Assembly: GCA_041687695.1 (NCBI GenBank)
Contig: JAWLBL010000011.1
Span: 101,716 to 165,715 of the forward strand
Reading direction: 5' to 3'
Source: Myxococcota bacterium
GTDB lineage: Bacteria; Myxococcota_A; UBA9042; PHBI01; JAWLBL01
Length of the DNA: 64,000 nt
The notes beneath the pieces were generated by a model. It made no database searches. It saw nothing but the letters and a program-made list of their open reading frames with translations, and was not told the DNA's origin. The translations under genes and the position numbers were made by a program. This document shows positions 28,841 through 38,634 of this stretch, piece after piece; positions within the stretch are counted from its first letter, which is position 1; every line of letters starts with the position of its first letter.

Positions 28841-30635
28841 CCTGATCGAGGGGCGTGGGCAGCCGCCCGCGCCCCGTCAGGCTGCCGGGCAGCTCGAAGG
28901 CGTCGTCCACCGGCTCCCAGGCCAGCCGGGCCGTCATGCCGAAGAAGCCGGTGAGGGCCGTGGTCAGCGACTGAACCACGGCGCCGAGGTCGGTGCCCTC
29001 GCCGGCGCGGATCACGGCGACCCAGAGGTCGCCGTCGGCGACCAGCGACGCGCCGTCGCTGCCGATGATGCGGCCAAGCCAGTCCTGGGTCTGCTGGCGC
29101 GCCAGCATGGGGCCGGGCACCCGCGCGGCGATGACCGCCCGACGGGCGTCTCCGAACGGCGCCATGCCGGGCGAGCTGCTGGGACGGCGGACGCTGCCGT
29201 TGGGCGAGACGGCCGGGGCCTCGGTGCTGGAGACGCGGCGTCGCGCGCCGATGTCCGGGGCGCGGTCGTCGCCGTGGTGGGGCGAGACGGCCGGGACCTC
29301 GGTGCTGGAGACGCGGCGTCGCGCGCCGGGCTCGGGCGCGCGCGGGTCGCGGGGGCGGCGATCGGGATCCAGGTAGGCCGGCATCGACGGCGAGCTGGGC
29401 CGCCGCTGGCCCCCCGGCTCGTCGGGCGCCTGGTCGCCGTGGCCGATGGGCGAGGAGTTGCGACGCAGCCCGCCCGGGACGGTCATGGTGCGCACGCGGG
29501 CGCCGTTGCGGGGCGTCGCGACCGGCTCGCGGATGGGCGGCATGGGGGGCGACGGCTCGCGCGGGGTGGGCGTCAGGCGCGGCAGGGGCGTCCGGGGACG
29601 GGGCGCCTGCGGCTCGTCACGGAGCGGCGGAGGCGTCCGGGGGCGGCGCGTCGGCGGCTCGTCGTGGGCGTTTGCGGGCGGCTGGACGGCCGGATGGTCG
29701 TTGCCGGTGCCACGCCGAGACCAGGCGGTCATCATGCGCTGCGCGGAGGGATCACCCGCGGCCGCGCGGCTCGACTCGGGCTTGCGGCGTGGCCCGGAGG
29801 CCGACAGGCGGGCCGAGCGCAGCGCCTGGGCGAAGCTCCGGGCGTTGGGTGGGCGGGCGCTGGCGGCCGGCGCCAGCGCCTGCACGATGAGCTGCTGCAG
29901 CTCGGCCGGGATGGCGGGCTGGTCCGGCGGGGCGACGGGCGGCGGCGCCTCGCGCGAGGCGCGGTCGATGAGGGCCGCGAGGGTGTGGCTCTCGAAGGGC
30001 AGGCGGCCGGTGAGGAGCTCCCAGAAGATCGCGGCGGCCGCCCAGACGTCGGTGCGCTCGTCCACGTCGCCGGCCAGCAGCTGCTCGGGCGCCATGTAGG
30101 CCGGCGTGCCCAGGATGCCGCCGGCGTGGGTCAGGCGCTGGTCGTCCACCATGGACTTGGCGATGCCGAAGTCGAGGAGCTTACAGGTCTCGACCTCGCC
30201 GTCGATGACGAGCACGTTCCCTGGCTTGAGGTCGCGGTGGAGGATGCTGGCCGCGTGGATGGCCTCGAGCCCCGAGAGGATGCGGATGATGATCTCGAGC
30301 GCCTCGTTCCAGGGCAGGGCGCCACGTCGGGCGAGGCGCGTGTCGAGGGGCTCGCCCTCGACGTACTCCATCGCGATACACGGCAGGCCGCCCGAGACGA
30401 TGCCGTAGTCCAGGATGGAGACGACGTTCGGGTGCCGCACCCGGGCCATCAGCTGCGCCTCGAGTTCGAAGCGGGCGGCCGTCTCGGGGGACGCGGCGTT
30501 GAAGAGGACCTTGAGCGCGACCGTGTGGTTGAGGCGGACGTGACGCGCCCGATACACGCGCCCCATGCCGCCTTCGCCGATGAGGCCCTCGACGACGTAG
30601 CGATCGAGGACGCGCTGGCCGGGCTTCAGCTCCAT
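28818..30635 (-). CDS. Ser/Thr protein kinase with Pro/Arg-rich tail
   Basis: IGEGGMG, VALK, HRDLKPGN, DFGIAK, GTPAYMAPEQ. Confidence 0.92.
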   Translation of the reverse strand: MELKPGQRVLDRYVVEGLIGEGGMGRVYRARHVRLNHTVALKVLFNAASPETAARFELEAQLMARVRHPNVVSILDYGIVSGGLPCIAMEYVEGEPLDTRLARRGALPWNEALEIIIRILSGLEAIHAASILHRDLKPGNVLVIDGEVETCKLLDFGIAKSMVDDQRLTHAGGILGTPAYMAPEQLLAGDVDERTDVWAAAAIFWELLTGRLPFESHTLAALIDRASREAPPPVAPPDQPAIPAELQQLIVQALAPAASARPPNARSFAQALRSARLSASGPRRKPESSRAAAGDPSAQRMMTAWSRRGTGNDHPAVQPPANAHDEPPTRRPRTPPPLRDEPQAPRPRTPLPRLTPTPREPSPPMPPIREPVATPRNGARVRTMTVPGGLRRNSSPIGHGDQAPDEPGGQRRPSSPSMPAYLDPDRRPRDPRAPEPGARRRVSSTEVPAVSPHHGDDRAPDIGARRRVSSTEAPAVSPNGSVRRPSSSPGMAPFGDARRAVIAARVPGPMLARQQTQDWLGRIIGSDGASLVADGDLWVAVIRAGEGTDLGAVVQSLTTALTGFFGMTARLAWEPVDDAFELPGSLTGRGRLPTPLDQVIARVSG

Positions 30636-30861
30636 GGTCCTCGCGAGCGAGCGGGGACCGTCGCGCGGATGGCGCGGCGAGCGATCGGTCGGAGGGTGGA
30701 GTCGAGTGGTTCCAATGGCAAAGGCTGCGTCTGCGCGTGGCGTGGTAGCGTGGCCGGTTACAGTAGCCGTTCGCTGCAGGCTTGCAAGTCCCAACACGGT
30801 TTACCGCTTGGGCAGCGGTCCGGGCGCCCACGCGCCGTGCCACGAACGGGAGTCGCTCGGA

Positions 30862-32604
30862 TCACGCGGCCTGCCGATAGGCGGCCCGGAGCAGGCCGCG
30901 ACAGAAGGCGCGGGCGCCCTGGCGCAGGTTCCGCAGCGTGTAGCCGCCCTCCTGGATGAGCAGGGTGGGCCGGTCGAGGCGGCCGAAGGCCTCTCCGATG
31001 CGCTGCAGGCCGGCGCGGGTGAGGACGAACCCGCCGGTCGGATCGCCCTTCATGATGTCGTAGCCCACCGAGACCACGACGAAGGCCGGATCGAAGCGGC
31101 GCACCTCGTCGAGCACGTCGGCGAGCCGGGCCAGGTAGCCGTCGTCGTCGAGCCCCTCCGGCAGCGGGACGTTGCGCGTGTAGCCCTGGCCGCGGCCTTC
31201 GCCGCGCTCGTCGGCGAACCCGGAGAAGTACGGGTAGGCCCAGGTCGGATCGCCGTGGAGCGAGGCGAAGTACACGTCGTCGCGATCGTAGAAGATCTGC
31301 TGCGAGCCGTTGCCGTGGTGGAAGTCGATGTCGACGAGGGCGACGCGGCCCTGGGCCGACAGGCGGTGGGCGGCGATGGCGGCGTTGTTGAAGTAGCAGA
31401 AGCCGCCGAACACGTCGGGCTCGGCGTGGTGCCCGGGGGGGCGGCACAGGGCGTAGACGAGGCGCTCGCCTTCGATCAGGAGATCGGCCCCCGTGACGGC
31501 GCAGTCGACGGCGGCGCGCGCGGCCGTGAGGGCGGCGCGGGACAGCGGGGTGAAGGTGTCGATGCAGTAGTAGCCCGCGCGGCGGAGCGGGTCGCGGGGC
31601 AGGCGGTCGGGGCGGCGGATGGGGAAGACGTAGGGGTAGAGCGTCTCGTCGGGGCCGAGGACGGTGGTCAGCTCGTTCAGATAGTCGACGAAGTCGGCGT
31701 GGTGGACGGCGCGGATGGCGGCCTCGTCGGCGGCGCGCGTCTCGACGGCCTCGACGGGCAGGCCCTCGAGGGCGCGGCGCAGGCGGTCGACGCGGGCGGG
31801 GCGCTCGATGTAGCCGCGCTCGCGGACGTGGTGGATGGCGTGCTGGTCGCTGGAGACGATCTTCAACGGGCGGACCCTGCCGTGCTCGGCCCGGGTCGTC
31901 CGATGCGACTCGGGCGTTTCGTACTGGAACGGGCGCAGACGGACCGGATCGTCCTTGAACGAGCCGACGACCGCTCGGACGTAGGGATCGTCCGGCGACC
32001 AGCCGCACTTGCGGACCAGGATGGCCTCGACCACCCGGCGCGCCTCGGTGCGCCCGAAGCGGGCGCGGTGCCCGAGCCCATCGAACACCAGGAACGGTGG
32101 ATCGTAGTCCTGGCCGTAGGGCGGAGGGTCGTCGTAGGCGGTCCCGACGACCGGCAGGGCGCCGTAGCGCTCGTAGAACGACAGCCGGGCCCGGTTGGCC
32201 GGGAGGCGGGCCGGGTCCGAGACCTTGTCGGGGTCGTCGGGCGGGACGTCCATCAGCAGGCCCTTGAGGCCGTGCCGGGCCAGCTCCTCGCGCAGCGCCT
32301 CGTACAGGGCCCCGCCGATGCCGCGGTGGCGCTGCTCGGGGTCCGAGGCGATGTAGTCGAGGAACGCGTACTTCAGGTCGCGGAAGACGAGGGTCAGCGC
32401 GAAGCCGATGACGCGCCCGCGCTCGTCCTCGGCCGTCAGCAGGAACAGGTCCTGCTTGGGATCGTGGCGCCCGAGGCGCTCGGGCAGCGTGTCGGCGTAT
32501 TCGGCGACGGCCGTGAACACGCGCCGGAACAGCGCCTGGACCTCGGCGACGCGTCGCCCTGCGGTGGGCAGGGTCGTGTCCTGGATGCGCGTGAATCGGA
32601 TCAT
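30862..32604 (-). CDS. GNAT acetyltransferase - HDAC/acetylpolyamine amidohydrolase fusion
   Basis: N-terminal RHRGIGGALY (GNAT motif A). C-terminal RPPGHHA, GFCYFNN, DIDFHHGNG, QEGGY. Confidence 0.88.
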   Translation of the reverse strand: MIRFTRIQDTTLPTAGRRVAEVQALFRRVFTAVAEYADTLPERLGRHDPKQDLFLLTAEDERGRVIGFALTLVFRDLKYAFLDYIASDPEQRHRGIGGALYEALREELARHGLKGLLMDVPPDDPDKVSDPARLPANRARLSFYERYGALPVVGTAYDDPPPYGQDYDPPFLVFDGLGHRARFGRTEARRVVEAILVRKCGWSPDDPYVRAVVGSFKDDPVRLRPFQYETPESHRTTRAEHGRVRPLKIVSSDQHAIHHVRERGYIERPARVDRLRRALEGLPVEAVETRAADEAAIRAVHHADFVDYLNELTTVLGPDETLYPYVFPIRRPDRLPRDPLRRAGYYCIDTFTPLSRAALTAARAAVDCAVTGADLLIEGERLVYALCRPPGHHAEPDVFGGFCYFNNAAIAAHRLSAQGRVALVDIDFHHGNGSQQIFYDRDDVYFASLHGDPTWAYPYFSGFADERGEGRGQGYTRNVPLPEGLDDDGYLARLADVLDEVRRFDPAFVVVSVGYDIMKGDPTGGFVLTRAGLQRIGEAFGRLDRPTLLIQEGGYTLRNLRQGARAFCRGLLRAAYRQAA

Positions 32605-32825
32605 CGCCTGCCCTCGCTCCCGCCGCGCCAGCGCTGGCCCGTTCGGGCTTCAACACCGCGCGGCGACAACCATTTCATTGGAACCCCTCCAGGCGGCTGA
32701 TATCGTCCCGAACCAATCATGAAGTCGGTGAACACCAGCCAGCCAGCCCGCGCGATCGAGGCCGATCCCGCGCCGTGGATCCCGGCCCGGGGGGCCGACG
32801 AGGCTCATGCGCGGAGGGGCCCTGC

Positions 32826-33380
32826 ATGAAACGCGTCCTCATCGTCGACGACGATCCCGACATCCTGAGCAGCCTGGGCCTGCTCCTCGAGGACGCCTAC
32901 GAGGTGGTCCTCGCCGAGGACGGCGCCGACGCGCTGGCGCATCTCGAGGACGAGCCCTTCGACGCCGTGGTCCTCGATCTGATGATGCCCGTCATGTCCG
33001 GCGACGAGGTGATGCGCGCGCTGGCGCGGCGCCACCTGCGGGTGCCCGTCATCGTCGCCTCGGCGGCGGCCGACGCGCGGGTGCGCTCGCGGCTGCTCGG
33101 CGCCGCCGACTTCGTCGCCAAGCCGTTCGACATCGGCGAGCTCGAGGACAAGCTGGCCCGCGCGATCCAGCGCGGCGGCGGCGGGGGGGGCGCCGGCCCG
33201 GCCTACGGCGGCGGACACCCGCACGGGCGAGGCGGCCGAGACGGCTCCGGCGCGCAGGCGCGCCAGCGCGAGGGCCAGCGCGAGGGCCAGCGCGAGGGCC
33301 AGCGCGAGGGGTCGATCGCGCGGGTGAGCTGGGAGGCCGTCCAGGCGCTGCTGGGGGGGCTGTACCCCAAGGCGACCTGA
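32826..33380 (+). CDS. Response regulator receiver with low-complexity tail
   Basis: VLIVDDD, LDLMMP, FVAKPF; the tail has 12-bp QREG x4 repeats. Confidence 0.85.
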   Translation: MKRVLIVDDDPDILSSLGLLLEDAYEVVLAEDGADALAHLEDEPFDAVVLDLMMPVMSGDEVMRALARRHLRVPVIVASAAADARVRSRLLGAADFVAKPFDIGELEDKLARAIQRGGGGGGAGPAYGGGHPHGRGGRDGSGAQARQREGQREGQREGQREGSIARVSWEAVQALLGGLYPKAT

Positions 33381-33391
33381 CGCCGCGGTGA

Positions 33392-33724
33392 TCACGGCGA
33401 AGATGGCGCTGCCGGCGGCGCCGCTACGTATGAGCGGTACCCCAGCGCGTCGATGGCCTGCGTCAGCAGCGCCGGCGCGGTGCGATCGGGGTCGAAGCGC
33501 ACCACCGCCTGCGGCGGCTCGAGCGTCACGCGCGCCTCGAGGACGCCGGGCGCGCCCTGGAGCGTCTCGGTGATCGCCTGGACGCAGCCTTCGCAGGTCA
33601 TGCCCTCGATGGCGACGGTGACCTCCTGGGGCTGGCTCGCCTTGGCGGCGCAGGCCACGGTGAAGAGCAGGCTCGCGGCCAGCGCGGCCAGGACGGGGCG
33701 GAGCGGGGTGCGCAGGTGCTTCAT
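33392..33724 (-). CDS. Exported HMA-domain (MerP/CopZ-like) protein
   Basis: Signal/lipobox TVAC; GMTCEGC. Confidence 0.85.
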   Translation of the reverse strand: MKHLRTPLRPVLAALAASLLFTVACAAKASQPQEVTVAIEGMTCEGCVQAITETLQGAPGVLEARVTLEPPQAVVRFDPDRTAPALLTQAIDALGYRSYVAAPPAAPSSP

Positions 33725-33846
33725 GGCCCCAAGGGTCGCCCCGTGCGCGTCCGGGTCAAGGGCCCTTTCCGCTCTCTCGCGCCCCCCCGCGGTCCGTGGT
33801 ACTAGACGCGCCGCTGGCGCCGCGCCCGGCCCGGCAGGAGAGCTGG

Positions 33847-35928
33847 ATGTCCCCTGACGCGACCGCAGAGACCACCCGCCCGAGGCGCCCCGGCCCGCTG
33901 GCCACGGCCTTGATGGCGCTCGGGCTCCTCGTGGGCTCCACGGCCGCGCTCATGGCGACCAACGACATGGGCTTCACGCGCGACGAGTCGTTCTACTTCC
34001 ACTACGGCGAGTCGTATCAGGGCTGGTTCACGCGCCTGGGCCGGGCCGAGACGCCGGAAGAGGTGCGCGCGGTCATGAGCCGCGACGGGGTCGTGCCGAC
34101 CTGGAGCGGCAACTTCGAGCACCCGCCGCTGATGAAGACGGCCTTCGGGTGGTCGTGGTGGACCTTCGCCCGCAAGGACCGGGGGCTGAGCGCGTCCCAG
34201 CGGCGGGGCGAGCCGTCGCTGAGCGTGCAGCCGCTGGGCCTTAGCGACGGGTTCGAGGCCGGGGCCGAGGTCGCGCTGTTGGCGCCGCTGCGGCCGGGGC
34301 AGCACCCGACCGACGGGGCGCGCGTGATCGGCCGGGCGGTGGTGGCCGAGCGGGGCGAGCGGCGGGCGGCGCTGACCCTGACCGAGGGCGACGCCGCCGC
34401 GCTGGCCGAGGCCTGCAAGGTGGGCGCCGGGGACCCGGCCGAGGGCGGGCGGCTGGTGACGGGCTGCCAGGCCCGCGAGGATCGGGCGCTGGCGGTCTTC
34501 AGCGAGTCCGACGCGATGCGCCTGCCGGGCGCGCTGTCGGGCGGCCTGTCGGTGATGCTGACCTTCCTGCTGGGGCTCGCGCTGTTCAACTGGTGGACGG
34601 GGGTCATCGCGGCGCTGGCCTTCCTTTGGACGCCGCACCACTTCTTCCACGCCCACCTCATCTGCTTCGACATGCCCATCGTCGCCGGGACGCTGGCGAC
34701 GCTGTACGCCTTCTGGAAGGCGCGCTCGGACCGACGCTGGGCGCTCGGCGCCGGCGTGATGTGGGGCATCGCCCTGCTCATCAAGCACAACGCCTTCTTC
34801 CTGCCCTTCCCGCTGCTCCTGTTCTGGCTGTGGACGGGCCGCGACCGCCTGCGCCTGACCCGCCAGGGCTGGCGCCTGTCGCTGACTCTGCCGCCGCTGC
34901 CGCTGTCGCTGCTGGTGATGCCGGTCGTGGCCTTCACCATGCTCTTCGTCTTCTGGCCCAAGCTCTGGTACGACCCCTACCGCGCCGTGGCCGACTACTT
35001 CGCCTTCCACCTGCTGCACGAGCACTACATGCAGCAGTGGTTCGGCGAGCCGCTGCAGGTCCCGCCCTTCCCGGTCGCCTTCCCCTTCGTCTGGACGATC
35101 ATCACCGTCCCCGAGGTCTTCCAGTTCCTGTGGCTGGTCGGTTTCGCCTTCCTCGCCCCCGTCCGCCGCTGGGGCGCCTGGCTGCGCGGCCTCGTCGCCC
35201 GCGGTGGCCGCGCGCCCGTGACCGAGCGCGAAAAGGCCGTCACCTTCACGCTGCTCAACGGCCTCATCCCCATCATGCTCATCGCCTTGCCCAGCGTCCC
35301 CATCTTCGGCGGGGTCAAGCACTGGATGACGGCGATGCCGTTCTTGATGCTGCTGGCCGGCTATGGGCTGACCGAGGCCATCCGCCTGGCCCTGGGAGCC
35401 GTCCAGCGCCCCGTCGTGCGCCGCGCCCTGGCCGCCGCCGCGGTCACCGTCGTCTTCGCCCACCCGGTCCACGCGACCCTGACCACGGTCCCGCACGGCA
35501 CCGCCTACTTCAACCCGCTCGTCGCCGGCGGTCCGCAGGGCGCCGCCGACGCGCTGATGCAGCGCACCTTCTGGGGCCACTCGTCTCGCCTGGCCCTGGA
35601 CTACATCAACGCTGTCACGCCCAAGCACGGCCGCGTCTTCTTCCAGAACACGACCCACACGGCCTACGTCATGTACCAGCGCGACGGCCTGCTGCGCGGC
35701 GACATCCGCTACCACGGCGGCCCGCACGGCGCCGATCTCGCCCTGTGCGAGCCGCAGTCGGCCTTCCACGAGCTGGACATCGAGATCCGCCAGGCCCTCG
35801 GCGTGGCCGGCCCGGTGCACGAGGTCCTCTACCAGGGCGTGTCGCAGCTGCGCGTGTACGCGCGGCCCGGCCTGCTCGACGCCCCCGCCGGGACGGCGGG
35901 TCAGAAGGCCCCGACGAACCCCAGGTGA
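33847..35928 (+). CDS. GT-C fold membrane glycosyltransferase (PMT/ArnT-like)
   Basis: TRDE, EHPPLMK, multiple TM segments, K-H-N; CAGGAG RBS. Confidence 0.8.
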   Translation: MSPDATAETTRPRRPGPLATALMALGLLVGSTAALMATNDMGFTRDESFYFHYGESYQGWFTRLGRAETPEEVRAVMSRDGVVPTWSGNFEHPPLMKTAFGWSWWTFARKDRGLSASQRRGEPSLSVQPLGLSDGFEAGAEVALLAPLRPGQHPTDGARVIGRAVVAERGERRAALTLTEGDAAALAEACKVGAGDPAEGGRLVTGCQAREDRALAVFSESDAMRLPGALSGGLSVMLTFLLGLALFNWWTGVIAALAFLWTPHHFFHAHLICFDMPIVAGTLATLYAFWKARSDRRWALGAGVMWGIALLIKHNAFFLPFPLLLFWLWTGRDRLRLTRQGWRLSLTLPPLPLSLLVMPVVAFTMLFVFWPKLWYDPYRAVADYFAFHLLHEHYMQQWFGEPLQVPPFPVAFPFVWTIITVPEVFQFLWLVGFAFLAPVRRWGAWLRGLVARGGRAPVTEREKAVTFTLLNGLIPIMLIALPSVPIFGGVKHWMTAMPFLMLLAGYGLTEAIRLALGAVQRPVVRRALAAAAVTVVFAHPVHATLTTVPHGTAYFNPLVAGGPQGAADALMQRTFWGHSSRLALDYINAVTPKHGRVFFQNTTHTAYVMYQRDGLLRGDIRYHGGPHGADLALCEPQSAFHELDIEIRQALGVAGPVHEVLYQGVSQLRVYARPGLLDAPAGTAGQKAPTNPR

Positions 35929-37076
35929 AGGGCGATCTCGTCCTCGAAGTCGCTGAAGTCGTACAGCTCGCCGCTGACCTTCACGCGCAGTGAGCGGTCG
36001 AAGACGAAGTTCACGCCGGCCGTGTAGCGCATGAGCGCGCTCTCCTTGCGCAGCGGGCTGGTCACGACCACGTTGCCCAGGCGCCGCAGCCCGTCCCAGC
36101 GCGCGACCAGCTCGACGCGGCGGCTCAGCAGGAAGTCGCTCTCGACGTAGAAGCCGTCCTTGAGGAAGAAGTCGGCGTAGGTGCCGTCCTCGCCCGGGCC
36201 GTAGAGGAACCGCGAGGCGGGATCGTCGCCCAGAGCCATCTCGGTGCGCCGCACGAGGTACTCGGCCCGCAGGGTCAGCCGGTCGAGCTTGGCCACGAAG
36301 TCGGCGCCCAGGATGGCGTAGCCGAGCTGGCGGTCCGGGTCGTAGGTGCCGGCCAGGCCCGATACGCCCAGCTTGAGATCGAGGTCGTCGGTGGCCCGCC
36401 AGGACAGGGCGAGGCGGCCGCCGACCGACGGCTGCGAGTTGTTGTCGACGTAGTACAGCGAGCGGGACTGGATGAAGTCGACGTCCAGCGCGTCGCTACC
36501 GCCCTTGAGGCCGCCGATGACGTAGGCGTTCCAGTCGAGGTCGAAGTCGTCGGCGAAGGTCGTCCGGCCGAACAGCTCGACGCCGTTGTCGACGTAGGGC
36601 GCGGGCAGGACGGACATGTTCCACTCTTGCAGGCGGAGCATGCGGCCCATGTCGTAGGGCAGGGGCTTGTCGCTGGTGCGGTGGTTGGCGGGGTCGTGGC
36701 GCGCCGGGAAGTCGCCGAAGGCCGGCGAGAAGCGGCCGACGCGCAGGTTGAAGGCCTCGTGGATGCGGATGTCGGCGGCCGCGACGCCGATCTCGAAGCC
36801 GTGGCAGCCGAAGCAGGTCTTGACGTTGAAGGTGACGCTCTCGCTGAAGTCGGCGGCGAGGCGCAGCGACAGCTCGGTCGTGAAGCCGTCGAGCGTGAAG
36901 TCGCGCGGGCTGTAGGCGCTGGGGACCAGCAGGTAGTCGACCTGGGCCGAGCCGGCGAAGGTGCGCTCGACGCCGCGCGCCGCGGGGACGGTGGCGACCA
37001 GTGCGGTTGTCAGGGCGAGCCCGCCCAGGGTCGGGGCGATCCAGCGGGTCGGTCGGGGAGCAGGGCGTGGTTGCAT
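35901..37076 (-). CDS. Porin-like outer-membrane beta-barrel with CxxCH motif
   Basis: Signal peptide; NLRVGRF, DNNSQPSVGGR, LRAEY; C-terminal Phe; CFGCH at 36801-36815. Confidence 0.75.
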   Translation of the reverse strand: MQPRPAPRPTRWIAPTLGGLALTTALVATVPAARGVERTFAGSAQVDYLLVPSAYSPRDFTLDGFTTELSLRLAADFSESVTFNVKTCFGCHGFEIGVAAADIRIHEAFNLRVGRFSPAFGDFPARHDPANHRTSDKPLPYDMGRMLRLQEWNMSVLPAPYVDNGVELFGRTTFADDFDLDWNAYVIGGLKGGSDALDVDFIQSRSLYYVDNNSQPSVGGRLALSWRATDDLDLKLGVSGLAGTYDPDRQLGYAILGADFVAKLDRLTLRAEYLVRRTEMALGDDPASRFLYGPGEDGTYADFFLKDGFYVESDFLLSRRVELVARWDGLRRLGNVVVTSPLRKESALMRYTAGVNFVFDRSLRVKVSGELYDFSDFEDEIALHLGFVGAF

Positions 37077-37105
37077 GGGTCGATACCGTGCCGGCCGCGG
37101 GCGGG

Positions 37106-37579
37106 TCAGTTGTCGAGGGCGCCTTCGGCGATCCAGTCGTGGATGAGCCGGAGCTCGTCGGGCGTGAGGAAGGGCGGGCCGTTCATCGGCATGCGCGAGC
37201 CGAAGGGCGGCCCGGGGCCGACCTTCTGGACCAGCACGCTGCCGCAGGGCTGGCCGGGGACGACCACGCCGGCGCCGCTGGAGGCGCCGCCCTTGCGCAG
37301 GCCGAGGTAGCTGGTGAGATCGAGGCCGCCGACCTGCAGGCCGATGGGGTTGTCGGCCGACGGCGAGTGGCAGCTCACGCAGCCGCCCGCCTCGCGCAGG
37401 AAGATGCCCTGCAACAGATCGCGCTCGAAGCTGACGGACGTGGTCGGGTCCGTGTCCTCGTTGGTGCAGCGCTCTTGCAGTGGCGCGCCCACGTCGGGCG
37501 CCAGATCGTCGAGGCAGCTCCCCGCCGCGAGGGCGGCGAGGGCGAGGGCCAGCGCGGGCAGGCGGCGCGTGATCGTCAT
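37106..37579 (-). CDS. Monoheme c-type cytochrome lipoprotein
   Basis: Lipobox AGSC; CVSCH (37367-37381), GGLDLTSY, RMP, WIAEGA (planctomycete cytochrome C-like). Confidence 0.85.
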   Translation of the reverse strand: MTITRRLPALALALAALAAGSCLDDLAPDVGAPLQERCTNEDTDPTTSVSFERDLLQGIFLREAGGCVSCHSPSADNPIGLQVGGLDLTSYLGLRKGGASSGAGVVVPGQPCGSVLVQKVGPGPPFGSRMPMNGPPFLTPDELRLIHDWIAEGALDN

Positions 37580-38634
37580 GGGGAGGGCTCGGCGTTGGGG
37601 CCCTGCGCCGGCTGGATGGGGCAGTTGATGGTCATGGCCGTGGCCTTCCAGGCGACGACGTGGCCCACGACGGGGCTGGGGCCCGCGTCGGAGGCGGTGA
37701 AGAGGTCGGTGACGCTGGTGAAGTCGGCCTGGCCGTCGTCGCCGTAGCTGTCGATGCTCTTGTAGTCGGCCGGGACGACCACCTCGACCGCGCGCCACAG
37801 CGGCGTGTAGCCCGCGTCGTCGAGGCCGACCTCGAAGATGTTGTTCGTGTCGGCGGTGTCGCCGTCGCCGGTCATGTCGACGCCGCGCGCGCCCTCGAGC
37901 AGGGGCTCGCCGCCCTCACGCCGCAAGAGGTACACGTCGGCGACCGGCACGTCGTCGTGGTCCATGGGGACCTCGAGCCGCTCGAAGCTGAACAGGGCGG
38001 CGACCCGGCCCTGGTAGTAGACCGGGCTGGGCGCGACCAGGTGGTCTGGTGCGAGCTCGAGCCGCACGTCGGGGTGCACGATGGGGCAGTTCCAGACGCG
38101 GGGCCGGCGGACCGGGGCCTCGACGAGCCCCATCATGCGGGCCTCGTCGATGGCCGCCAGGGAGGTCAGCCGCTCTCCGGCGTACTGCTCGGTCACCGGG
38201 ACGTAGTACACCGCCCAGAACGGGCTGTAGCCGCCGTCGCCGGGGATGGTCTCCACGACGCTCGGGTGGTCGGGCAGCGGCGTCAGGACCCCGTCCTCGC
38301 CGCGCCGGGCCAGCGCGTAGATGGGCACGGCCAGGGCCGGCGCGGGGCCGAACGACCAGTACTGGACGCGCTGGCCGCTCGCGAACGCGGTCACCCGCCG
38401 CACGACCCGGTCGACGCCGTCGTGGGCGTCGACGCGGCTGGCGACGAGCGGGTCGTCGTACAGCGAGGGGACGACCGCGTCGGCGGGCAGCACGTGGCGG
38501 CCGAGGGCGGGCGCGTCGTCGACCAGCGGCCCGAGGCAGCTGCCGAGGGCGACCGCGAGGCCGGCGGCGGCCGCGGCGACCAGGCGTGAGGGCGACGTCG
38601 GCGTCGACCTCGGCTTCGAGTTCGGCTTCGACAT
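37576..38634 (-). CDS. Lipoprotein with duplicated Y(S/T)PxW...NCPI domain
   Basis: Lipobox LGSC; GYSPFW...NCPIV and GYTPLW...NCPIQ; start/stop overlaps with both neighbours. Confidence 0.75.
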   Translation of the reverse strand: MSKPNSKPRSTPTSPSRLVAAAAAGLAVALGSCLGPLVDDAPALGRHVLPADAVVPSLYDDPLVASRVDAHDGVDRVVRRVTAFASGQRVQYWSFGPAPALAVPIYALARRGEDGVLTPLPDHPSVVETIPGDGGYSPFWAVYYVPVTEQYAGERLTSLAAIDEARMMGLVEAPVRRPRVWNCPIVHPDVRLELAPDHLVAPSPVYYQGRVAALFSFERLEVPMDHDDVPVADVYLLRREGGEPLLEGARGVDMTGDGDTADTNNIFEVGLDDAGYTPLWRAVEVVVPADYKSIDSYGDDGQADFTSVTDLFTASDAGPSPVVGHVVAWKATAMTINCPIQPAQGPNAEPSP

